Source: Clostridia bacterium
GTDB taxonomy: Bacteria > Bacillota > Clostridia > Oscillospirales > CAG-272
Assembly: GCA_017547755.1 (NCBI GenBank)
Contig: JAFYOX010000107.1
Coordinates: forward strand, 22,040 to 86,039
Length of the DNA stretch: 64,000 nucleotides
Direction: 5' to 3'
Below are positions 27,267-36,143 of this stretch, piece by piece. Numbering within the stretch: the stretch's first letter is position 1; every line of letters starts with the position of its first letter. The notes under the pieces were generated by a model that did not search any database, was not told where the DNA came from, and saw only the letters and a list, made by a program, of their open reading frames with translations. The position numbers and the translations under genes are program-made.

Positions 27267-27476
27267 TTATGAATGTTCCTCATTATTTTCGGCGGGATAG
27301 ATCTTCCGGATGGCGTGTTCAAGCTTTTCACGCGGCAGAACCATGTCCCGTCCGCAGCCTTCGCAGACGATGCGGATGTCGCTGCCGATGCGGAGAACCT
27401 TGAAGCGGAGGGAGCCGCACGGATGCTTTTTTTTCAGTTCCAGTACGTCGCCGACCAGTATTTTCGGAATGTTCAT
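27267..27476 (-). CDS. DUF951 family small protein
   Basis: 69 aa. VGDVLELKKKHPCGS..F.VLRIGSDIRIVCEGCGRDMVLPR. Confidence 0.75.
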   Translation of the reverse strand: MNIPKILVGDVLELKKKHPCGSLRFKVLRIGSDIRIVCEGCGRDMVLPREKLEHAIRKIYPAENNEEHS

Positions 27477-27507
27477 GAGACTCTTCCTTTCAAAATCGTT
27501 ACATTAT

Positions 27508-27536
27508 ATTATAACACGGAAAGACGGTTTTGTAAA
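27508..27536 (-). promoter_or_regulatory. Candidate sigma-70 promoter for the DUF951-yfhO-ruvAB operon
   Basis: Minus strand: TTTACA, 17-nt spacer, TATAAT (tandem TATAATATAAT). Confidence 0.5.
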
Positions 27537-27573
27537 CCGTTTCCGGGGAGCACACAAAAAATCGGACAAAGAA

Positions 27574-27609
27574 CGTGGGAAAAACTTTTTGAAGAAAGTT
27601 TTTCCCACG
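27574..27609. repeat. Dispersed palindromic repeat, copy F (core only)
   Basis: CGTGGGAAAAACTTTTTGAAGAAAGTTTTTCCCACG, 6 nt past the symporter stop. Confidence 0.75.
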
Positions 27610-27615
27610 AAAACA

Positions 27616-29190
27616 TTATTTTTTATCCCTCGTATCCTCCAGCGAGGTCGAGGCACGGACGGTGATGGTGCGGTCGTAACATTCGAACATATCGTCGACC
27701 ATCTTGCTGTCCATCTTTTTCGTGAAGAGGCTGACGACCGGAACGACGATCAGACCGGTGACCATAGAGAGAACGCCCGCGTTGATCGGAGAGGAGAAGT
27801 ATGCGCTGATAAAGGGAACGCCTGCGAAGGTACATGCCATGTTTGCAAGCATGATGCCGACGCCGGTCACGAAGCTTGCCCATACGGCGGATTTCGTGAT
27901 CTTCTTTGAGTACAGACCCCAGAGGAAGGGCGCAAGGAACGCACCTGCAAGGGCACCCCACGAAATACCCATGAGCTGTGCGATGAATGTGACCTGCGAT
28001 TTTGCCTGAAGGATCGCAATTGCGGCGGAGATCACGATGAAGAATACGATCAGCACGCGGATGCAGAGCATTTTCTTCTTTTCGTCCATGGACTTTTTCG
28101 CCAGCGGAACGATCATGTCGAGCGTGAGGGTCGAAGAAGACGTCAGAACGAGCGAAGACAGGGTGGACATGGACGCGGAAAGAACAAGAATGATGACAAT
28201 TGCAACGATGACGTCCGGAAGACCGGAGAGCATCTGCGGAACGATGGAGTCGTAAACGGGTGCGCCGTTTGCGCCGTAGGTGATGGAATCGCCGTAGAGT
28301 CTGCCGAACCCGCCGAGGAAGTAGCAGCCGCCCGCGACAACGATTGCGAAGAACGTGGAAATGATGGTGCCCTTGGCGATGGCATCTTCGTTCTTGATGG
28401 CGTAGAACTTGCCGACCATCTGCGGAAGTCCCCATGTACCGAGAGAGGTCAGAAGGACAACGCCGAAGAGTTCAAGCGGCTTCGGACCGAGGAAGGAAAC
28501 GAACGCACCGGAGAGACCGGGATTGGTTTCCGCTTCGATCTTTGAGAGGGCGGCGACGGCTTCCGTGAAACCGCCGTTGGCGTTCAGAACCGCCGCAATG
28601 ACGGCGACGATGCCGAAGAGCATGACGATGCCCTGAATGAAGTCGTTGACCGCGGTTGCCATGTAGCCGCCGGCAATAACGTAGATCCCGGTCAGGATGC
28701 TCATGATAAGGACGCACCATGCGTAGTCGATGCCGAACGCGGATTCAAACAGACGGGAAAGTCCGTTGTAAAGGGAAGCGGTGTAAGGAATGAGGAAGAT
28801 AAACACGATGGCGGATGCGGTGAGCTTGAGAGCCCTGGAGTCAAAGCGCTGACCGAAGAATTCGGGCATCGTGCGGGATTCGAGCTTCTGGGTCATAAGG
28901 CGGGTACGTCTGCCGAGGATGACCCACGCGAGCAGAGAACCGATGAGCGCATTGCCGATGCCGATCCAGGTCGATGCAATGCCGTATTTCCAGCCGAACT
29001 GTCCGGCGTAGCCGATGAAGATAACGGCGGAGAAGTAGGATGTACCGTAAGCGAAGGCGGTCAGCCACGGACCGACACTGCGTCCGCCGAGGACGAAACC
29101 GTGAACGTCGGTGCTGCTCTTGCGGCACATAAAGCCGACCGTAATCATTACGGCGAAGAAAACGAGCAGGAATGAGATTTTGATAAGCAT
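27616..29190 (-). CDS. Sodium:solute symporter (SSS) family transporter, substrate unknown
   Basis: 524 aa and about 13 TM segments. SSS-type N-terminus (GFVLGGRSVGPWLTAFAYGTSYFSAV). SD AAAGGAG. Confidence 0.85.
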   Translation of the reverse strand: MLIKISFLLVFFAVMITVGFMCRKSSTDVHGFVLGGRSVGPWLTAFAYGTSYFSAVIFIGYAGQFGWKYGIASTWIGIGNALIGSLLAWVILGRRTRLMTQKLESRTMPEFFGQRFDSRALKLTASAIVFIFLIPYTASLYNGLSRLFESAFGIDYAWCVLIMSILTGIYVIAGGYMATAVNDFIQGIVMLFGIVAVIAAVLNANGGFTEAVAALSKIEAETNPGLSGAFVSFLGPKPLELFGVVLLTSLGTWGLPQMVGKFYAIKNEDAIAKGTIISTFFAIVVAGGCYFLGGFGRLYGDSITYGANGAPVYDSIVPQMLSGLPDVIVAIVIILVLSASMSTLSSLVLTSSSTLTLDMIVPLAKKSMDEKKKMLCIRVLIVFFIVISAAIAILQAKSQVTFIAQLMGISWGALAGAFLAPFLWGLYSKKITKSAVWASFVTGVGIMLANMACTFAGVPFISAYFSSPINAGVLSMVTGLIVVPVVSLFTKKMDSKMVDDMFECYDRTITVRASTSLEDTRDKK

Positions 29191-29220
29191 GATGAGTCTC
29201 CTTTGCTGGGATGAAGATAT

Positions 29221-29255
29221 AAAAAAGCTGCACGCCGTGATTTGGCGTGCAGCTT
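29221..29255 (-). terminator. Strong intrinsic terminator inside the symporter 5' leader (attenuator candidate)
   Basis: Minus strand: AAGCUGCACGCC-AAAUCAC-GGCGUGCAGCUU followed by a U-run. Ends about 30 nt before the symporter ATG. Confidence 0.75.
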
Positions 29256-29317
29256 ATGGACGGAATGTATATGGAAACGATCCGGTTCCGTTTTCGTAAT
29301 TGCATCACAAATCACTA

Positions 29318-29374
29318 TTACCTTTGGAAAAAGTAATAGTAATAATATGCAAATACGAAATTACGGTTTGCCAT
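29318..29374 (-). CDS. Candidate 18-codon Tyr/Phe-rich leader peptide MANRNFVFAYYYYYFFQR
   Basis: Verified codon by codon on the minus strand. AAAGGAG SD 9 nt upstream. Five consecutive Tyr codons plus 4 Phe. Ends in in-frame TAA-TAG-TGA. Confidence 0.55.
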   Translation of the reverse strand: MANRNFVFAYYYYYFFQR

Positions 29375-29407
29375 GTCGTTTTACTCCTTTGTTTGATGTT
29401 GTGGCAC

Positions 29408-29436
29408 ATTATAGCACCGCGTTAAAGCGTTGTCAA
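29408..29436 (-). promoter_or_regulatory. Consensus sigma-70 promoter for the leader-symporter transcript
   Basis: Minus strand: TTGACA, 17-nt spacer, TATAAT (both hexamers perfect). Confidence 0.6.
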
Positions 29437-29568
29437 GAGGGTTTTGAAAAGTTTTTTAAAAATATTGCGGAATTGTGATGGGACTGAAACATTATGCGGA
29501 ACGGTTGCATAAATAAGGGAAATGTGGTAGAATGGAATTGCGGAAATCGAACGACGGAGGTGCGGGGG

Positions 29569-29910
29569 ATGGATTTTGGAGATGTTTTTCTGGGATTGCT
29601 GGATACTCTGACAGATTCACGATGCAAAGCAGAATGGGATGAGGAACTCCTGATGCTCGGTATATTTCTGATCTTTGGTGTGATCCAGTGGCTGATGCTG
29701 AGATGCCGCAGAAGATGGATTCGCTATATCCCTGTGATTCTGATGACGTTTTTATGGATACTGACTGAATATATGGTTGCATCCGAACCCAGCATGGGGG
29801 CGATTCTTGCGGCGGTGATCGTGGGCTATCCCGTGGTTCTGGGATGGACGGGAACGCTTTTTGCCTGCCTTGTCTGGCACATCCGGAAGATTTTTCGCAA
29901 AACTGGATAA
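29569..29910 (+). CDS. Small membrane protein (113 aa, ~3 TM), hypothetical
   Basis: The ATG at 29569 is preceded by GGAGG. Hydrophobic segments LMLGIFLIFGVIQWL, IPVILMTFLWIL, ILAAVIVGYPVVLGW. Confidence 0.5.
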   Translation: MDFGDVFLGLLDTLTDSRCKAEWDEELLMLGIFLIFGVIQWLMLRCRRRWIRYIPVILMTFLWILTEYMVASEPSMGAILAAVIVGYPVVLGWTGTLFACLVWHIRKIFRKTG

Positions 29911-29916
29911 AAAACA

Positions 29917-29950
29917 AGCGGGTACTTTTTGTGAGTACCCGCTGAATTTT
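29917..29950. terminator. Bidirectional terminator
   Basis: AGCGGGTACT-TTTTGTG-AGTACCCGCT flanked by an A-run and a T-run. Confidence 0.8.
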
Positions 29951-29968
29951 TATTCATGCGCGAAGAAT

Positions 29969-32095
29969 TCAATCCGCTTGCGGATGAAATAATTCATCCG
30001 CTGTGCGGATGTCGGTATTTTTCAGGAAACGGATCATTTCCGCGACTTTCGCGCCGTCGTAATCCTCGCGGCGGTGTCCGTCGAATCCTACGCTGATGTA
30101 CATTCCCGCATCCCGTACAATCGCCTGTTTTTCCGGATCGTTCACAAAATCTGCGACGTACGGATGTTCTCTGTACCGGTGAATGCTGTCGTAACTGACG
30201 TTCATTTCCCAGAAGATCCCGCGTTCCGCCAGTTTTCCGAAGAATTCGCGCCGGTCGTATCCGCGGCTGTCGCAGTACGCGAACAGGTCGGTGTGCGCGA
30301 TGCCGCACCGGATGCCGAGTTTTTCGATGAATCCGAAGAGATCGTCTCTGGTCAGGCTGTCCGGATGGTCGATGTGTTCGAGCAGGCAGTAGTCGTATTC
30401 CGCGATTTCCGCCGGATCGGCAATGTCAAAGTTTCCGGGGATCGTTGCGATCTCGATCCCGCAGAGGATGCGCAGACGTTCGGCGTTGTCTGCGGCGAGC
30501 TGCCGCATTTCGCGGAGATACTGTGCTTTCCGCTTGCCGATGCCGTAGTTGTGGTCGGTGATGCCGAGCAGACGGACGCCGTTTCGCACCATCGTATCGA
30601 CCAGCTTCTGCGGCAGATCGCGTCCGCAGAAGCTGTAATGCGTGTGCGAATGGAGGTCGAACATCGGCACCGCCCGATCGAGCAGATCAAAGGTCACTTG
30701 ATATCCGTCTTCCGGACGGATCTCGAGAATCACCGGAGCCTTGGCAAGCTGACCGTTCTGCCATGCACGGAAGAACGAAGCGTACGAGATGTATTTTCCG
30801 TACCAGTCCCCGATCGGCTGATGATTTTCCGGAACACCGGCGGCGTTGAGGGCGTACTGATGGATGTGATAGCCGACGATTTCGCTGCCGACTTCCGCGT
30901 ACCATGCGCCGCTGGTGTAGTTCTGACTGAACGGAGCATTGTTCCGCGCATGACCGGTATCAAGGTGGATGCCGGTCTTTTTGGCGGTATGCTTCCGCAG
31001 GATGGCAAGGAATCGCAGGCATTCTTCCGGAAGATAACCGAAGCGGTGATTTTCCGGCGTATCCTTCGCGGTCATGTGCATATTTTCGATCCCGAGGACA
31101 AGGGAATCCGGCAGATCCGACAGAATTCTGTCAAGAAATCCGGCAATTTCGCCGAGAAATCCGTCCGTCACCGTATGTGCCGGGACGTTCGGAACGTGGA
31201 TCGTCAGGCGGTCGGCGGATACTTTTTCAGCGAATTCCGCGAACGATCTCCATCCGTCCGTGTTGAGCTGTCCGTTCATGACCAGTTCCGGTGCGTGCAG
31301 GGACAGCGTGTGACCTCCGGCATCACGCCAGCGCGCGAGCAGAGGAAGAACGGATTCCGTCAGAAGTTCGCCGCGCAGTTCGATACAGCCGAGACGGCGG
31401 TCCGCGGCGTATCCGATGTCCGCCGTACGGCGGCAGGACAGCCCCAGATATTCCGCAAAATCGTACGGGACGGGACAGTAATACTGCGTCTGACGCAGTT
31501 CTTTGGTATCCGTATCGTAATAAACGATCGCAGGGGAAGCGCCGATATTCTTGTCCGGATCGGCGGCCGGAAGGAGGCAGCTGCCGTCGTTCTGCCATCC
31601 CGCAAGGTGCAGATGCGCGGTGAACAGCGGCACATCCGGATGGGATTCCCGCCATTTTTTCAGCCGTGAACGGTGCGGCTCGGGAAAACAGCCGAACGGA
31701 TGATGCGCACAGACGACGGTGTTCTCATCCGCCGTTTCGAGCAGGGTATACGTTTCTTCGGTGAGCGCCTGCTCGCCGTCATTGAGGGAAAGAATACGGA
31801 TCCCGCCGGTCTCCGTGACAGTTCCGGAAGCCATGGCGCGGACTTCGGCGGCAGTCTCCGGCGTACGGAAGTCGGAATTCCCGGGGATGATGATGACGGG
31901 AACCGGGAACCCGTCAAGTTTTTCGCGGAAACGGCGGAGTGTGTCGGGGTGTCCGTTGGCGGTAAAGTCACCGGCGAAAACGACCGCGTCCGCCTGTTTT
32001 TTCTGCAGATCCTGCAGGGCCCAGGCAAAGACATCGTAATGCACGGCGTCGGGATGATAGGGCAGATGCAGGTCGGCAATCAGACAAAGTTTCAT
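29969..32095 (-). CDS. Three-domain fusion protein: metallophosphoesterase + xylose-isomerase-like TIM barrel + PHP phosphoesterase
   Basis: N-terminus MKLCLIADLHLP..VVFAGDFTANGH..PGNSD (calcineurin-like). Middle region ~240-500 with TIHVPN/..GIENMH..IHLDTGH (sugar phosphate isomerase/epimerase-like). C-terminus MFDLHSHTHYS..ITDHNYG..AHTD (PHP). An alternative upstream start lies at 32158. Confidence 0.75.
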   Translation of the reverse strand: MKLCLIADLHLPYHPDAVHYDVFAWALQDLQKKQADAVVFAGDFTANGHPDTLRRFREKLDGFPVPVIIIPGNSDFRTPETAAEVRAMASGTVTETGGIRILSLNDGEQALTEETYTLLETADENTVVCAHHPFGCFPEPHRSRLKKWRESHPDVPLFTAHLHLAGWQNDGSCLLPAADPDKNIGASPAIVYYDTDTKELRQTQYYCPVPYDFAEYLGLSCRRTADIGYAADRRLGCIELRGELLTESVLPLLARWRDAGGHTLSLHAPELVMNGQLNTDGWRSFAEFAEKVSADRLTIHVPNVPAHTVTDGFLGEIAGFLDRILSDLPDSLVLGIENMHMTAKDTPENHRFGYLPEECLRFLAILRKHTAKKTGIHLDTGHARNNAPFSQNYTSGAWYAEVGSEIVGYHIHQYALNAAGVPENHQPIGDWYGKYISYASFFRAWQNGQLAKAPVILEIRPEDGYQVTFDLLDRAVPMFDLHSHTHYSFCGRDLPQKLVDTMVRNGVRLLGITDHNYGIGKRKAQYLREMRQLAADNAERLRILCGIEIATIPGNFDIADPAEIAEYDYCLLEHIDHPDSLTRDDLFGFIEKLGIRCGIAHTDLFAYCDSRGYDRREFFGKLAERGIFWEMNVSYDSIHRYREHPYVADFVNDPEKQAIVRDAGMYISVGFDGHRREDYDGAKVAEMIRFLKNTDIRTADELFHPQAD

Positions 32096-32260
32096 AACAG
32101 CCTCGGAAGTCATAGAATAGATGCTTTGATTATAGCGCAAAATCGCGGCGGTGTCCATAGAAAAATCATACTCTTTGGAAAGAATTCCTAAAAATCCATT
32201 CCCAAAATGAAAAAATTATGCTATAATGGAATCAACTTTATTACACGAAAGGATAAAACC

Positions 32261-33640
32261 ATGATAACCAAAGCATTGCTGGAAGAAGTTCTCGCGAAAG
32301 CCATGTCCACCGGCGCGGATTTTGCCGAAATTTTCGTTGAGAACACCCGTTCCAACTCCATTTACATGATCGACGGCCGTGTCGACAGCATCACGGACAA
32401 CACCATCGCCGGTGTCGGTATCCGTGCGCTTCTCGGCGTACGCTGTGTCAGCGCGTCCACGATCGACCTTTCCAGAGAGGGTCTGCTCCGCTGTGCGGAA
32501 CAGGTAGCGGACGTCATCGGCGATCACCCGACCGCACTGGACATCCACCTCACCGAACGCATTTTCCCCGACATCCACGCGGTAAAGATCGTTCCCGATA
32601 CCGCAAAGAAGGCGACCAAGATCGACCTGCTCAAGGCAGGCTACTTCGCCGCAAAGAATTACAGCGACGATATTTCCCAGGTCTCCGCAAACCTTCTTGA
32701 CGTTGACCACAACATCCTCATCGCCAATTCCGACGGTCTGTACACCGAAGACCGCCAGATCCGTACCCGTATGGGTGTCAGCGCGATCGCAAGCCGCGGC
32801 GGTGAAACGCAGTCCGGCGGCATGAGTCCCGGACGCCGCATGGGTCTGGAAGTGTTCGATCTCTTCCCGCCGGAAGAAATCGGTAAGGAAGCGGCGCGTC
32901 ACGCGCTCGTCAACCTCAGCGCAGGCTACTGTCCCGCAGGCAAGATGCCCGTTGCCATCGAAAACGGCTTCGGCGGCGTTATTTTCCACGAAGCGTGCGG
33001 ACATTCCCTTGAAGCAACGTCCGTTGCAAAGAATACTTCCCAGATGGCGGGCAAGCTCGGTCAGAAGATCGCCAACGAAAAGGTCACCGCGATCGACGAC
33101 GGCACCATCCCGAACGGTTGGGGCTCCATCAACATCGACGACGAAGGCACGCCGTCCCAGCGCAAGGTGCTCATCGACAAGGGCGTCCTCAAGTCCTACA
33201 TGATCGACAAGCTCAACGGCCGCCGCATGGGTATGCAGGAAAACGGCTCCAGCCGCCGTCAGAGCTTTGCACATTCTCCGACCTCCCGTATGACCAATAC
33301 CTTCATTGCTCCCGGCGAAGACAAGAACGAAGACATCATCGCGTCCATTGAATACGGTCTGTATGCGAAGAAGATGGGCGGCGGTTCCGTCAACCCGATC
33401 AGCGGCGCGTTCAACTTCGCGGTCAGCGAAGCATACATCATCCGCAACGGCAAGATCTGCGAACCGGTGCGTGCAGCGTCCCTCATCGGTACGGGTTCCG
33501 AAATCCTGCAGAACATTGACATGGTCGGTTCCGATATGCAGACCGGACAGGGTATGTGCGGCTCCGCATCCGGCTCCATCCCGACCGACGTCGGTCAGCC
33601 TCTCATCCGCGTCAGCGAAATCACGGTCGGCGGACGATGA
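32261..33640 (+). CDS. tldD: TldD family metalloprotease
   Basis: 459 aa. HEACGH zinc motif. Start MITKALLEEVL (track start 32207 is an extension). Confidence 0.9.
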   Translation: MITKALLEEVLAKAMSTGADFAEIFVENTRSNSIYMIDGRVDSITDNTIAGVGIRALLGVRCVSASTIDLSREGLLRCAEQVADVIGDHPTALDIHLTERIFPDIHAVKIVPDTAKKATKIDLLKAGYFAAKNYSDDISQVSANLLDVDHNILIANSDGLYTEDRQIRTRMGVSAIASRGGETQSGGMSPGRRMGLEVFDLFPPEEIGKEAARHALVNLSAGYCPAGKMPVAIENGFGGVIFHEACGHSLEATSVAKNTSQMAGKLGQKIANEKVTAIDDGTIPNGWGSINIDDEGTPSQRKVLIDKGVLKSYMIDKLNGRRMGMQENGSSRRQSFAHSPTSRMTNTFIAPGEDKNEDIIASIEYGLYAKKMGGGSVNPISGAFNFAVSEAYIIRNGKICEPVRAASLIGTGSEILQNIDMVGSDMQTGQGMCGSASGSIPTDVGQPLIRVSEITVGGR

Positions 33641-33752
33641 GTGTGAATGTTTAGAGAGTGCAAGTCAATGTGAAGCGGATTCACACTCGAAAGAATTCCT
33701 TGAAAAATGGGACCAGCCATTTTTCATTGCCTTCGGCAACCGGAATTCTTTC
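33639..33752 (+). ncRNA. Highly structured intergenic RNA/DNA element between tldD and pmbA (4 perfect helices)
   Basis: H1: GAGTGTGAAT (33639-48) pairs with ATTCACACTC (33679-88). H2: GAAAGAATTCC (33689-99) pairs with GGAATTCTTTC (33742-52). H2 encloses H3, GAAAAATGG/CCATTTTTC (33702-25), and H4, TTGCC/GGCAA (33727-39). Confidence 0.5.
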
Positions 33753-33780
33753 AAGAATCTTGTGATTTTTAGAGGTAACT

Positions 33781-35133
33781 ATGGAAAAATTTGATATTCT
33801 GAAGAAAATCGTAAAGGAATGCTCCGAAAAACTCGGCATTGCCGAATACGAACTGTATTATTCCGAAAGCTCCGGCATCCGCGCGGAAACCTTCCGCGAC
33901 GAGATCAGCGCGTTCTCGTCCAGTGTGGGCGGCGATCTGCTCTACCGCTGCATCGTGAACGGCAAGCTCGGCTACGCAAGCACGCAGTACCTTGACGAAT
34001 CCGAAATGGAAAAGCTCGTTGCACGCGCGGCGGAAAACGCTTCCGTCATCGAAAAGGATGAAGAAGCGATCATCTACGGCGGTGCGGCACCGGAAGCTTA
34101 CCGCAAGGTTCCCGAATGCAAGTTCACCATGCCGAGCGCGGCATTTATCCGCGAACGTGCGATGAAGAACCGCAATCTTCTTTACGCGGCAGACGGACAG
34201 ATTGCGGACGGCACCGCATCCGGCGCATCCGCGGGACAGAGCCGTACCTTCCTGTTCAACTCCAACGGGCTGGATCTCTCCAGCTTTACCGGAAGCGAAG
34301 GCGAATTCTTCCGCGTTGTTCTTGACAACGGCGAAGAAAAGCAGACCGGCGGCGAATATCTCCCGAACGGCTTCGAAAAGTCCGACGACGAACGTACGGA
34401 AAAGATCGAAAAAGCGATCAAGGAAGCACGCGCAAAGTTCGGCGCGGGTACCGTGAAGACCGGCAAATACAATATCGTATTCAAGAACGACCAGATGGAA
34501 GCGATCCTCTCCACGTTCCTCTCCGCATTCTATGCGGACAACGTACAGAAGGGTCTGTCCCAGCTGAAGGGCAAGCTCGGCGAACAGATCGCGTCCGACT
34601 GCATTACCATCACGGACGACCCGTTCGCGGAAGACAATACCGTACAGGTACCGTTCGACGGCGAAGGCGTTCCGACGTACTGCAAGAACGTTGTGGAAAA
34701 CGGTGTGCTGAAGACCTATCTCTACAACCTCATGACCGCAAAGAAGGACGGCGTCGAAACCACCGGCAACGCATCCCGCGGTTCCGCGTCGATCGGCACG
34801 AGAGTTTACACCTTCTACATCAACAAGGGCGAAATGACCCGTGAAGAACTCCTGAAGAAGGCCGGAAACGGTATTTACGTCACCGGAATGAAGGGCTTCC
34901 ATGCTGGCGCGAACGCTGTCACGGGCGACTTCTCCATCGAAAGCGAAGGCTTCCTTCTTGAAAACGGGGAAATCGGCGCACCGGTCAAGTCGTTCACCGT
35001 TGCGGGCAACTTCTTCGAACTTCTGAAGCAGATCACCGATCTCGACAACGAACTCGACTTCGGCGGTCCCGGCGGTACGAGAATCGTCGCACCCGACGCC
35101 CTTGTACCCGGAATGTCCGTTGCAGGGGAATAA
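33781..35133 (+). CDS. pmbA: PmbA/TldE family protein (TldD partner)
   Basis: 450 aa with TldD/PmbA fold signatures and no HExxxH motif. SD AGAGG. Confidence 0.85.
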   Translation: MEKFDILKKIVKECSEKLGIAEYELYYSESSGIRAETFRDEISAFSSSVGGDLLYRCIVNGKLGYASTQYLDESEMEKLVARAAENASVIEKDEEAIIYGGAAPEAYRKVPECKFTMPSAAFIRERAMKNRNLLYAADGQIADGTASGASAGQSRTFLFNSNGLDLSSFTGSEGEFFRVVLDNGEEKQTGGEYLPNGFEKSDDERTEKIEKAIKEARAKFGAGTVKTGKYNIVFKNDQMEAILSTFLSAFYADNVQKGLSQLKGKLGEQIASDCITITDDPFAEDNTVQVPFDGEGVPTYCKNVVENGVLKTYLYNLMTAKKDGVETTGNASRGSASIGTRVYTFYINKGEMTREELLKKAGNGIYVTGMKGFHAGANAVTGDFSIESEGFLLENGEIGAPVKSFTVAGNFFELLKQITDLDNELDFGGPGGTRIVAPDALVPGMSVAGE

Positions 35134-35144
35134 ACGTCTGTATT

Positions 35145-35250
35145 CCTCAGATCTGCACCCGACATTGTCAATAAAATAGTATAAAAGTTTTTGAAAAGGG
35201 GTCCGGGGAGAAACTTTTTTCAAAAAGTTTCTCCCCGGAAACTCCATTTT
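35145..35250 (-). repeat. Dispersed palindromic repeat, copy G (distal box + tail + core, reverse orientation)
   Basis: Distal box at 35145-35169 (reverse complement GACAATGTCGGGTGCAGATCTGAGG). Reversed tail GTATAAAAGTTTTTGAAAAGGGGTC. Core CGGGGAGAAACTTTTTTCAAAAAGTTTCTCCCCG at 35204-35237. Flank GAAACTCCATTTT is shared with copy C. Confidence 0.9.
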
Positions 35251-35268
35251 ATAAAGGAGGACAGAACG

Positions 35269-36123
35269 ATGTTACAGCAGTTTCCCAGAACAATGGTCGG
35301 CGGCGTATCGCTGCCGAGAATTCTGATCGGTACGAACTGGCTGCTTGGCTGGAGCCATACCGGCGCGGCGGCAGACAAGGCGATCCAGGAACGGTACCAG
35401 AAGCCGGAGGATTTCTATCCGGTCTTCCGTGCATATCTGGATCACGGGATCAATGCCGTCATGGGGCCGATCAGTTCCATTCCGCTCGCGCTGAACGCGG
35501 TGCGCTATGCGGAACAGAAGTACGGTCAGAAGATCATCATCATTGACACGCCGGCGCTCGATGTAGACGACACGCCGGAAGCGCGTGCAAAGGCAAACGC
35601 CACGGTGAAGAACAGCGCGGCGTCCGGATGCACTTTCTGCCTGATCCACCACACCAGCCAGGAACAGCTCGTCAACAAGAACAAGGAAGAGATCACCCGT
35701 CTGCCGGACTATCTTGCGATGATCCGTGACGCCGGGCTGATCCCCGGTCTGTCCGCGCATATGCCGGAAGCCATCCTTTACAGCGACAAGAACGGCTACG
35801 ACGTGGAAACGTACATCCAGATCTTCAACTGTATGGGCTTCCTCATGCAGGTCGAAGTAGAAGCTGTTGCGAAGATCATCCGCAATGCGAAGAAGCCCGT
35901 TATGACCATCAAGCCGTTTGCGGCAGGACGCACCACGCCGTTCATCGGTCTCAACTTCAACTGGAACGTCCTCCGTCCGTGCGACATGATCACCATCGGC
36001 GCAGGCACCGAGCTTGAGGCACGCGAAGATATCGAATATTCCTTCGCCGCACTCGAACGCCGTGCTCCCGACGTCGAAGGCCGCGGTTCTCCCGTCAATC
36101 AGGAAGTCCTCGGTCATATGTAA
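35269..36123 (+). CDS. Conserved hypothetical protein (284 aa), family not recognised
   Basis: The ATG at 35269 follows AAAGGAGG. The track start at 35191 reads through repeat G. Alternating beta/alpha-like pattern. No diagnostic motif recognised. Confidence 0.6.
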   Translation: MLQQFPRTMVGGVSLPRILIGTNWLLGWSHTGAAADKAIQERYQKPEDFYPVFRAYLDHGINAVMGPISSIPLALNAVRYAEQKYGQKIIIIDTPALDVDDTPEARAKANATVKNSAASGCTFCLIHHTSQEQLVNKNKEEITRLPDYLAMIRDAGLIPGLSAHMPEAILYSDKNGYDVETYIQIFNCMGFLMQVEVEAVAKIIRNAKKPVMTIKPFAAGRTTPFIGLNFNWNVLRPCDMITIGAGTELEAREDIEYSFAALERRAPDVEGRGSPVNQEVLGHM

Positions 36124-36143
36124 ACGGAATTGTCTTTCATCTA

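Noticed and set aside
33649-33660. GTTTAGAGAGTG motif reminiscent of type II CRISPR repeats
   Set aside because: It is a single occurrence inside the H1 loop. There are no repeats, spacers or cas genes in the window.
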